A DNA stretch of 64,000 nucleotides from a virus. Lineage: Duplodnaviria; Caudoviricetes. The stretch lies in the IMG/VR virus record IMGVR_UViG_2731957577_000001, positions 1 through 64,000 of that record; one strand, written 5' to 3'. The translations under genes and the position numbers were made by a program. Under the pieces are notes generated by a model that searched no databases, was not told where the DNA came from, and worked only from the letters and a program-made list of their open reading frames with translations. Positions 1 to 9,700 of the stretch are shown one piece after another (position 1 is the stretch's first letter; each line of letters starts with the position of its first letter).

Positions 1-165
1 CCCATGGACCGTGAAGAAATGATTTGTGAAGAATGTGTGCTGTTTCCGCGGAACTATAACCGTGAGGCGATGAAAAAGGGGAAAGCCGGCATTCCCAGCT
101 TGTTGTCGGAGATGATCATGGACAAAAGTGGCTTCGTGGCTCAGTCGTCTCCCATCCGGCTCTAA
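1..165 (+). CDS. Tail assembly chaperone-like protein, 5' truncated
   Basis: Open frame +1 from window start to TAA at 163-165 (PMDREEMICEECVLFP...GKAGIPSLLSEMIMDKSGF); resembles the next ORF; lies upstream of the tape-measure position. Confidence 0.6.
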   Translation, partial: PMDREEMICEECVLFPRNYNREAMKKGKAGIPSLLSEMIMDKSGFVAQSSPIRL

Positions 166-194
166 GCCCGTAGGCGGGGATGTGAATACGAACG

Positions 195-872
195 ATGGAC
201 GTCGAAGCCCTGAAGCAGAAGTACGAGGAGGTCTACCAGACTCAAATTCTCGATCAAGTGTTCATCATCCGCCCGCTCAGCCGGCAAGAGTACAAGGAGA
301 TTCTCGAGGCCGACCTTCCTCTTGGACAGCATCAGGAAGCCATCTGCAAGGTGGGCGTCATTTACCCCAGCGACTTTGACTTTGAGAATGGATTGGCTGG
401 TTACGCCGAAGCCCTCTCGGACATGATCCTCGACATTTCCACTCTGAAGCCAGACCAAGGCAAACAGCTTCTGGAACAGTACCGAAGTGAGATGGCCAAC
501 TTCGATTATCAGGTCGACTGCATCATTACCGAAGCGTTCCCGCAGTTTACCCTTGAAGAACTGCAGACCTGGACGGTCAAGAAGACCATGTTGTATTTGT
601 CGAGGGCCGAGTGGAAACTCGCCATGCTGCGCGGCGTACCATTGGTTCAGGTGCCGGAGGGCGATGCGCCGCCGCCGAACACTCCTTCACCATCTCCCTC
701 TTCGGAGAATCCTCCCAAACAAGGACCTCTCTCCAAAGAAGAAGTGGAAGCGATGCTCAGCCAAGCGATGGGAAAACCCATCAGCCTCGATCAGGAAACA
801 CGGATCGGTCAGCCGCTACCTGAGTTCAGTTGGTTCCGGGCAGAAGCGGAGCTGAAAGGAGAATTTGACTAG
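195..872 (+). CDS. Tail assembly chaperone-like protein (225 aa)
   Basis: FIIRPLSRQEY motif typical of phage tail chaperones; immediately precedes the giant tape-measure-like gene. Confidence 0.6.
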   Translation: MDVEALKQKYEEVYQTQILDQVFIIRPLSRQEYKEILEADLPLGQHQEAICKVGVIYPSDFDFENGLAGYAEALSDMILDISTLKPDQGKQLLEQYRSEMANFDYQVDCIITEAFPQFTLEELQTWTVKKTMLYLSRAEWKLAMLRGVPLVQVPEGDAPPPNTPSPSPSSENPPKQGPLSKEEVEAMLSQAMGKPISLDQETRIGQPLPEFSWFRAEAELKGEFD

Positions 873-888
873 ACAGGAGGGTGTTGTC

Positions 889-3800
889 GTGGCATACGAG
901 GACTATGAAAACGCGTATTCATCCTATCTGGATATGGACAACCGGACGCATGCGCGCTTTCTGCGTTCCGAGGATGATCGCGACGACACTCCTCTTTATC
1001 AGAAGATTGGAATTGGAGTTCTGGCCGGCGCCGCCCTGTTGGCCGTAGGCCATCGAACGGGCGCTTTGCATCAACTCGGTCGATTCCTTGAAACCGAAGG
1101 AAAGGGCACGCTACAGGCGGCCAAGGAAGCGTGGAGAGAACGAGGATCGGTCCTTCGCCCCGAGACCTATTCGGAGATGGGCCAAGCCTTCTTGGAACGC
1201 CGGCGCGAGATTACGGAGGAACTGCGCGCTCGTAATGAGGATTTCATCCGCAAACGCGAGTACGACATGGTGCGGTATCTCCGACAGCGCCAGGAATTGC
1301 TCGAGAAGCAGTTGCCCTTCCACATCGAAGAACGGATTCGGCAAGGGCAGATCCTGAATCATCTCCGGCAGGCTGGCATCCGTGAAGAAGCCGTTCACCA
1401 AGTCGAGTCCGCCTTCCATGCCGCGCGCGCAGGATTCTTACGTCATGCGGGAGACGAGCAGCTGCGACTTCACTTGGCGCAACATGGGGTCTCCGATCAG
1501 GACGTTCTCAATGAGGTCATCCGCGCGCGGGCCATCCACCGAGATTCGATTCGGAATACAGCGGAAGGCATTGCCTGGATTGATGGCATGCGAAAGCGGT
1601 GGCGCGAACAAACGGCCCATGACATCCAAACCACAACCCGTGACCAATCGAAGAGCGGCCGTCTGATCCGTGGACATAAGAGGGCCACGATCCAGGACAT
1701 TTTGGATCTGCACGAAGCCGGTGTCATTCGGATCGATGCCGATACCCTGACCCAGATCCATGATGTCCTGAAATACAACAAGAAGTTCGGCGAAGCCATT
1801 TTTGACGAGAATTTGTATCTGGTCACGAAGAACGGCCGGACGGTTCTTCAGGACTACAAGGTGTACGATCAGATCGGCCGGCGGACGATGGAATGGTGGG
1901 CGAAGATGCTTCCCGGCGGACTTCTTCACCTTCGGGACATCTTGAATGTGAAAGAAGCGCGGGAGAAAGCCGCTTTTCGTATTTTTGAAGCCGGTACTCG
2001 ACAGCCGGTTCTCAACGCGCATCTTGGCATTGCTCCCCAAGAGACCTTGCGTGAGCCGGTCGTCTTTTCAAATGGACATTTCGGCCGTTTGATGGACGCC
2101 AATGTCATCAACAATGATGCCCCGATTGAAATTCTCAACCCGAACCGGAGGATGTACCTGACTTCCTCACGCTTTGGAACTATCGGTAAGATTACGAGGC
2201 AAGTCAGCGGCATCGCGACCGATCACAAGCGACGGAATAAATTTACCGAGGCCCTGGACCTCTTTAACCAGATGCGGGACACGGAGTATGCCGAATGGTT
2301 CAGCATCGGGACGAAGTTCTTTAACCCCGATTGGGAACGAAACAAAGTCCGCAAGGCGCTGACCGAGCGTCTCGGTTACGACGATTTCTTCGACATGCAC
2401 CGATACTTCTCCCGGTATACCGAAGGATTCTCGCCCCGTGTCTTTAAGAATCTGGTCGAGTACATGCCCGGACACCTGCAGGGATTCATCGAACACGAAG
2501 GCATTAACTTCAACCGGGATGAAGATGTGCTCAAGCTGTTTGAGTACCTGAGTCAGGACAAGGAGGCCACGTTCAGCCTCCGTCAATTTTGGGGCCAATA
2601 TGAGCGAGATAAATATGGTGTCCTCGGTCGCAAGTATCCCGTTGGGGAGGCCAATCCGTTCCTCGGAGGATATGTCAAGATCCAGACGGGCATGGATCAA
2701 ATCCGTCAGAAGGTCAGCCTGGAGTTGATTCGCCAGATCGAAGAGGTTCGCCCCTTTGCATCGAGAACGAACATTCGCGAGATTGCCGAGGAGCTTCAGG
2801 CACAGGGCAAGATTCTCCGGTCTGACCTGGAGCAGATCAGTTGGCTGAAGAACTTTTTCGATCTTGAGCGCCGCGGCCGGGAGATCTATACAGACAAAGA
2901 TGCGGCGCTGGCCGAGATCAATGACCTGTTCCACGGAAGCTCGGAGGACTCACGCCAATTCCGTGCCTCTTTGGAATCGATGGTCAAAAAGACCAATCCC
3001 ATATGGCAAAAGTACGCGAGTACACGAGCGGCCAACCGAGTCGGTGACGAGTACATCGCGGTGAACCAGGCGAACTTTAAGAGTCTGTCGGATGTTATCA
3101 AACAGCTTGGCTTTCGCACAGGACGTCGAAATCTCGAAGACTTTACCACGCTCTCCGTGTTTGGATCCTTCTATCCGGTGTATCGTTTGCAGGAAGCACT
3201 CGGCACGATGGGCCTTGGCTTCTCGGATGCCTCGATGGGAAGCCCGTTGCAGCTTTGGTCCAGCCTGATACTCAAACGCTTCTTGCCAATTGGCCTTGGT
3301 GTCGCGTACTGGCAGTACCTTGATTACAAGGCGGACGACTGGACCGGCATGAGCATCTCCGGCCGTTGGGAGACCTATAAGGCGAACAAAGCCTTGAACG
3401 AGGCCGCAGAGCGCGATGAATCCGGGGAGACGGAACAACGCAAGCGCGAAATGATGCTCCATCCCGGCATTGAGCAGTTTGGCGAGATGCCGGCGATTAC
3501 GCTCCCAGGCCTGGGACGGATTGGGATGGGAAATCTCGCTCAGGTTGTGACCGGCACACTCGGCCTTCCGACACGTCCCCAGGACGCGATGAGTGAGGAG
3601 GAGTTGCTGGAATACTACCAGCAAGGCACAGATCCCGTCCGTAAAGGCCGCTGGTGGCTGTTTGGTTCCAAGAGTGCATACCGCGGCGATCGGATCATCC
3701 AGTTCGCGCCGAATGCCTATCGACGCGCGACCAGTGGCTGGGAGTATTCCGATGTGACCGCGACCGGTGAGGAACGCTGGTCGCATTCGATGATTCCGAC

Positions 3801-6741
3801 CTTGGAGAACCCGCTGGGTATCCTCAAGATGCTGTTTGAGAGCCAGGATGAGCGGTACTGGTGGGAACTGAAACATTACTACGACCGGCCGTATCTTCTG
3901 ACTGGGTCACTGTTCAACCCCAATACCATGTTCTTTGGCGACATCGGCAATGCGACGATTGGCCAGCTGATTAAACCGGTGAAGCAAATGCACCCGGAGT
4001 ATTGGGGGAATCCCATCCTCCTGACTGAGCAAAATGAAGAGATTGGCCAGCGACCGACCGGTCCCATTGTCACCAAGGTGTCGCCCGCAGGCCGCATGGA
4101 AAACGTCGTTCTCGCGACTCCAGAGGAATATGGCTCGGAATACCACGAGGGTTCCTCTCTGGTGCCCCAGGAGGACTACGACGAGATTCATGAGGCCGCC
4201 CCGAGACATGCCGCAGGGCCAGGACGATACGTTCGTATGGATCGTTTGGATGACGAAGGGAATCCAACCGGGGACTACACGCTGATGGATCTTCAGAGCG
4301 GCGATACGATCTTTGTGCCCAGTCGGGTGGCCAAGGAAGGATATACGCCACCAGAACTCTTTGATATGGCGGCGGCTGGACCCGAACCCTCCGAGGAGAC
4401 CAAGCCTCGGGCCATGTTCAGTCAGGAGTTTGCGTATCACAACGAGATCCGCAACCGGCGGCTTCGCAATCTGCAAGATCCACGCAGCATAAACTGGCAA
4501 GCCCAAGAGTTCGCCGCCAACTGGCAAGAGACCCTCGGTGTGTACAACTGGCTCGTCAGCGAAGAACTGTTCAACTATCAGCCGTACGCCATGAAGACGG
4601 TGATCGACAAGGCGGATCGGGCCACCAACATCTCAAACCAGTTCTGGGAAGCCAACCTGGGTGGACTTGGCGGGGAACTCTCCGAGATTGGACGCCGCTT
4701 CATTCGGCGCGACAGTGGTCAACTCCAGCATTATGATCCCGTGCCAAACCAGATGCCAGACTGGCTTCCGGGTGGAGATTATTTCCTCAACTTCCATGTT
4801 GGAGATCCTTACGCTCTCATCCCCTACGGGGAATACCGGTTGCCGGGTGAAGCGTATGAGAAACTGAATCCTTTGCACCCGGACGAGACCGGCCGCTACG
4901 GCGCATTCGATAAGTTCAAGATCCTTGCTGATGTGGCGCCGTGGTCAGATGAGTACAAGTTCTGGCGGGACTATGTCACCCATAACATCACCGACGAAGA
5001 ATTGCGGAAACAAGCGGCGGACATCAAGCGACAAGTCGCCAAACGCAAGCAAAAGTACGAGTTCTACGAGTATCGCTTCAAGGACAAGGATCTGAAACTC
5101 GAGAAGGTCCATGTCACGAAGCTGCTCGATGACTATACATTCTTGACGAAAGAGTACCCGGATACGCCGATTCGTCTGGCCGGCATGCGGTATCAGGCGA
5201 AGGCACCTGGGGTTTTGGCCAGCTACATTCACCCGGGGGATGTCGTGACCATTGGGGTCAATGCCGACGAGCTGCATCGGGTCTCGGATGATACCTATGG
5301 CACGATGCGCGCGGTTGTCTATATCGATAACCTCAAGAACATCAACCTCGACATCCTGCAAAAAGGCCTGATGAAAGAAAACGAGACCGACTTCTCCGCG
5401 CCGGCGGTCCACGCGCGATTCACACCGAAGGAGATTCGGGAAGGCCAGCGATGGGAAACCATTGCCCACTTTGAATCGCCGCTGAACACGAAGTTCCTGC
5501 AGGTTCGCAGTGCCCTTGAAGAATACGAGCGAGACCAAGTGTACGGCAAGGACTATGCGACGTGGCAAGACTTCATGATCCGGGATTACCTCATCCCGGC
5601 CTACCAATCGGAGATTCGTAAGGATCCTGCGGAAGCCGCCATGCGTGGCGCATTCATGGGTGCCTTTATCGGACGCGTCTTTTTTGGTGGTGGGCGCCGA
5701 ACCATCGGTGGGGCTATCATCGGCGCGCTGGTGACTGGTTCAGGGAGCCTGTGGCGAGAACACTGGGAACACGAACATGGCGAGACGTGGATCCCGAAGC
5801 GCCGGCGGATTGAGAATGACATCAACGAATACTTCGACCTGTTGAATTACATCAAGTACAATGCCTTGTACAACAAGGCGAAGGACGAGGCGAGGGAAGA
5901 AGGCTACGATGTCGACGCCATCGTCCGGTACATTCAACAGAAGCAGGAAGACACCAAACGCCTTCGTCAGCAGTTGCAGGCGGAGAAAAAACGGCTGTAT
6001 CTGGAGCAGCCCAAGGACTTCGACGAGAAGAAGAAAGCGATCAATGAGAAACTGGAAGCTATCGACGAGGATAAAGATGAACTGGTACTTCCAGAAATCG
6101 TGGTCGAAGCTCTAGAATACAAGAAGAAACGGGATAGCACCTTGTATGGGGTCGATCCCTATGGAGATCGGCTTCAAGTCATGGCGGCATTCCCGTACAA
6201 GGATCGGTGGTTCTTCAACGCCTTCGTGGAGGCGTCTCCGAAAGAGCGCCAGCGTATTCTTGAACTGGTTCCCGATAACGAGAAGCGCATTTACAAAGCG
6301 ATCTGGGGGATGGATCCCGGAGAAAAGCCGTCTTTGGAGGACTACTTCACAAAGAAGTATTACCTGCCGGGACCGGATTGGGCCGGATGGCGTCCCGAGT
6401 ACGACCTGAACGACATTAAACTCAAGGTCATTCGGAACTACGACAGCCTGGATTTGAGTGATTTCAACTTCTGGCCCGAGGATGTCGAGGCGGCAAAACT
6501 GGCGCCGGATCTGAATCGCGGCAACCAGATTTACCGTTCCCATGTCGACACCACGTTCAAAGGGTATCGGGAGATGTCCCGGCGCATTCAAGAGGTACTG
6601 GAAGGACAAGGTCTGCGAGATGTCCGCGTGACGGCCGCGCCTTCCGGCTCTAACAACTCCCGGATCATCTTTACCTATCAGGAAGACCGCAGCCAAGAGA
6701 TCGCGGACAACCTCAAGCAGAACATCGACCAGTACGTGTAA
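889..6741 (+). CDS. Giant tape-measure-like / ejected protein with a degenerate thermonuclease (SNase)-like domain
   Basis: ORF opens at 865; GGAGG at 876-880 favours GTG 889. Mostly helical composition with hydrophobic Gly-rich segments (IGIGVLAGAALLAVG; GAFMGAFIG...GGAIIGALV). SNase-like VTKLLDDYTF...IRLAG...DTYGTMRAVVY...NINLDILQKG at about 5098-5372. Confidence 0.7.
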   Translation: MAYEDYENAYSSYLDMDNRTHARFLRSEDDRDDTPLYQKIGIGVLAGAALLAVGHRTGALHQLGRFLETEGKGTLQAAKEAWRERGSVLRPETYSEMGQAFLERRREITEELRARNEDFIRKREYDMVRYLRQRQELLEKQLPFHIEERIRQGQILNHLRQAGIREEAVHQVESAFHAARAGFLRHAGDEQLRLHLAQHGVSDQDVLNEVIRARAIHRDSIRNTAEGIAWIDGMRKRWREQTAHDIQTTTRDQSKSGRLIRGHKRATIQDILDLHEAGVIRIDADTLTQIHDVLKYNKKFGEAIFDENLYLVTKNGRTVLQDYKVYDQIGRRTMEWWAKMLPGGLLHLRDILNVKEAREKAAFRIFEAGTRQPVLNAHLGIAPQETLREPVVFSNGHFGRLMDANVINNDAPIEILNPNRRMYLTSSRFGTIGKITRQVSGIATDHKRRNKFTEALDLFNQMRDTEYAEWFSIGTKFFNPDWERNKVRKALTERLGYDDFFDMHRYFSRYTEGFSPRVFKNLVEYMPGHLQGFIEHEGINFNRDEDVLKLFEYLSQDKEATFSLRQFWGQYERDKYGVLGRKYPVGEANPFLGGYVKIQTGMDQIRQKVSLELIRQIEEVRPFASRTNIREIAEELQAQGKILRSDLEQISWLKNFFDLERRGREIYTDKDAALAEINDLFHGSSEDSRQFRASLESMVKKTNPIWQKYASTRAANRVGDEYIAVNQANFKSLSDVIKQLGFRTGRRNLEDFTTLSVFGSFYPVYRLQEALGTMGLGFSDASMGSPLQLWSSLILKRFLPIGLGVAYWQYLDYKADDWTGMSISGRWETYKANKALNEAAERDESGETEQRKREMMLHPGIEQFGEMPAITLPGLGRIGMGNLAQVVTGTLGLPTRPQDAMSEEELLEYYQQGTDPVRKGRWWLFGSKSAYRGDRIIQFAPNAYRRATSGWEYSDVTATGEERWSHSMIPTLENPLGILKMLFESQDERYWWELKHYYDRPYLLTGSLFNPNTMFFGDIGNATIGQLIKPVKQMHPEYWGNPILLTEQNEEIGQRPTGPIVTKVSPAGRMENVVLATPEEYGSEYHEGSSLVPQEDYDEIHEAAPRHAAGPGRYVRMDRLDDEGNPTGDYTLMDLQSGDTIFVPSRVAKEGYTPPELFDMAAAGPEPSEETKPRAMFSQEFAYHNEIRNRRLRNLQDPRSINWQAQEFAANWQETLGVYNWLVSEELFNYQPYAMKTVIDKADRATNISNQFWEANLGGLGGELSEIGRRFIRRDSGQLQHYDPVPNQMPDWLPGGDYFLNFHVGDPYALIPYGEYRLPGEAYEKLNPLHPDETGRYGAFDKFKILADVAPWSDEYKFWRDYVTHNITDEELRKQAADIKRQVAKRKQKYEFYEYRFKDKDLKLEKVHVTKLLDDYTFLTKEYPDTPIRLAGMRYQAKAPGVLASYIHPGDVVTIGVNADELHRVSDDTYGTMRAVVYIDNLKNINLDILQKGLMKENETDFSAPAVHARFTPKEIREGQRWETIAHFESPLNTKFLQVRSALEEYERDQVYGKDYATWQDFMIRDYLIPAYQSEIRKDPAEAAMRGAFMGAFIGRVFFGGGRRTIGGAIIGALVTGSGSLWREHWEHEHGETWIPKRRRIENDINEYFDLLNYIKYNALYNKAKDEAREEGYDVDAIVRYIQQKQEDTKRLRQQLQAEKKRLYLEQPKDFDEKKKAINEKLEAIDEDKDELVLPEIVVEALEYKKKRDSTLYGVDPYGDRLQVMAAFPYKDRWFFNAFVEASPKERQRILELVPDNEKRIYKAIWGMDPGEKPSLEDYFTKKYYLPGPDWAGWRPEYDLNDIKLKVIRNYDSLDLSDFNFWPEDVEAAKLAPDLNRGNQIYRSHVDTTFKGYREMSRRIQEVLEGQGLRDVRVTAAPSGSNNSRIIFTYQEDRSQEIADNLKQNIDQYV

Positions 6742-6753
6742 GGAAGTGACGAG

Positions 6754-9700
6754 ATGGCCGATTACTTGAATCTGATCAGTGCCGGCGTACAAATGGTGAC
6801 CCAGACGCAAAGCACAACGCCCATCGGCATTTTCTATCCGGTCCAACGCCGGCCACGAAAAGATACCACGGAGTACGACCAGCGTGTCGCGCATGTACTG
6901 GGTCGGATCAACAGCACGAGACTGAGTTCGAACTTTGGCAAGCCGGGAATCTATGACCACTTTGTCTCGATGGCACAGTCTGCCCGACATCCCGGCCAGC
7001 CGGCCGTCGCCACCTTCAATGAGTTTGTGCGCAGAGCCATGCACGGCGTTCACGGTCGATATGTGGCGTTTGACATTGAGACCCTTGGGGATGCCATGAC
7101 GGGTCATGCGCTCTCAATCACCGAGATTGCCGCACAAGGATTCAATCCCATCCTGGGAACAGACCGGTCCGGCCGGCAGCTGGTGGTCGGGGCCACCCCG
7201 TCGAATGTCCGATTCAGCGCGATCATCCGGCCGACGAATGAGACGGTGCAGTATTTAGAAAACCTGATCACTCGTCTGGAACGGGATCCATACGCATGGC
7301 GATTCATGACAGACGCGGAGAAGAAGTCTTTGTATAACCTGATTCGCTACGATCCCGAAGGACCAGAAGGCGCTCAGCTCGAGGATCCTTGGCGCATTCG
7401 GCACAATCCTCTGGCCGCAATGCTCGAACAAGATCCGCTTCAGAACATGCAGCCGTATACCGCCAACATGCGCCGAGGTCTGGAATACTTGATGGAGAAG
7501 GGCACCAACCCACAAGACGTGATCCGTCAATATGATGACTTCATTCGACGGCACTCCGCCAAACTGTTTCTCTCCCAAAACGGGACCCAGTTCGACCTTC
7601 CGGTTCTTCAGCGTTGGGCCGAGCAAATGGGAGAATCTCTTCGCACACCGGCCAATCACTTGGACCTTCTGACACTGAATCAGACCATCTTCCAAAACCC
7701 GATCACCATGCACCAAGTTTATGGACAAAATACCGCGGTACGTCGATTCGTGGATGGTGCTTGGTCTTTGCAGGAGTTGCGCCGCACGTTCGGATTTGAG
7801 GAAGGTCAGGCCCATAGCGCGTTACATGATGTGGGTGAGCATGGCTTGGGTGGCGTGTTTGCCAAAGCCCTCCCGTGGATCCAACGTCAGATTGAGGACC
7901 GAAAGATTGATCCAACAACGGGATTCAGCCATCGCTCTCCAGTGTTTACGTGGAGTGATGCGAAACTTCAAGTCGGCCAGAAGCTGTTCTCTGTCGGCGG
8001 CGTGATGGCCATGCCGGGAATGGAAGATCACCAAGCTGTCCTCCGGGATGGAGAGTTCGTACCCTATAATCCTGGCTGGAACCGAACGATCATCAATACC
8101 CATACGTTCTATGAAGTGCAGGGAATCCGAAGGCTTAACCAACAGGGAGAACCGCTCAAACTTGCGATTCAATTGTACGACCAAGATAACGACCGTTACG
8201 CCTTCATTATTCGAGAAGGTAAGGATGCAATGGCTCAGATTGGTGAGTTCTTGCAAAGAAGCTTCATCAACTGGGATGGGGCGGATGAGGAAACCAGAAA
8301 CAAAATCCGAAAGCGTCATGGAGAAGAGTACGCACGGCGCGCGTATCGCCGTCTAACCAGTCTGGAGGGGGCCGGTCGCGGCATGACGGCTGGCTTTATC
8401 GGAGCTAGGCGGATGTATCAGAACGCCGCCATGTATGAGAAGCGCCTTCAAGGTAAAGCCGGAAACATGCAGGATAACTTTGACGAGAACGGCAACATCA
8501 TAGACCCCACACGGCGCATTACGCACCAACAGATGCTCGAAGGCATGGACTTCTACAGCAAACCCGGTTCCACTCCAGAGGAGCGCTTCAACCAACAAGA
8601 ATGGGAGAGCTTTTGGTACATGCAACGTCGGCTTCGGTCGGAATTGCCGGTGATGATGCCGGCGCTGGAAGCCATCGAAAAGGCATTTCCTGAACCGACG
8701 AGGAGACGCAATGAGAGCGAATTAGAGTATAAAAACCGTCTCTTCGAAGCGCGCCGGCAGCGCGATATTGCATGGCGGCTGTTTAATCAGTATCTGAATG
8801 AAGTTGTTGGCGACGATGGTCATGTCGAGGAGCTTCCGCTTGAGGAATATGAGAACCGTGGTCTCCATTTCCGAGACCGGGAGACAAAGAAGCCCGTATA
8901 CATCAACTTCACGGATACCACCACGGCGTCAACGAGTATTTATCGCCATATCGCACATGAAAGGGAAGAGGTCCGAAAGCAGAAGCTGACGTCTCTCATT
9001 CACTCGTTGCGCGAGAGCAGCGCCATTGACGATGACACGGCGGAGTATTTCCATCAGGTGAACGCGAATACCAAAGGCATCAGTGAAACGGTCCGGACGA
9101 TTGTGCAGCACCTGATGGCCAGCGCACAAATCATCCGGGATAAAGAAACTGTGTTGTCGCTTCGTGAGCGAAAGGCCATTCAGAAGATCTCGGATGATGT
9201 GTCCAAGGAACTGGTTCAGCGAGCCATCGATCAAACGAAAGGTGCGTGGGGAGTCGCCATTCAACGATCCTTTGGTGATAAAGAACTGCGCCTGAGCCCC
9301 GAGATGTCGCGCTTCTTTGATGAGGAGCTGGATCGGGTCAACCCCATTACGGGCCTGGAACCGAATAACAAGCAAGCGGTCATGGAAGTGCTGAATCGCT
9401 ATCAAGAGATGTTCCCGCATATGCAATTTGCCTTGTCGGTGGCAAAGGACAAGACGGCGGCGGTCATCCACATGTATGACCCGGAGCATAGTGCAAGCGT
9501 GATGGAACATGTCCTGTCCGGCAAAGAACATCCGAACGCGCTTCAGCTGACGGTTCCGCTTGTGACTGAGCGCGGCACGATTGAATACGGAAACCGGAAA
9601 CTTAACTCCCGCGTCACCTGGATGCCTGGACAAGGCAAGCAGGTCATTCGGGAGATGTCCTCGTCCGAGATGATGGCATACCACCTGACCGGCGAGCGGC

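Noticed and set aside
770-776. G GGA AAA slippery heptamer in the chaperone gene
   Set aside because: The -1 frame stops at 821-823 and does not join the downstream giant ORF, so no GT-like extension results
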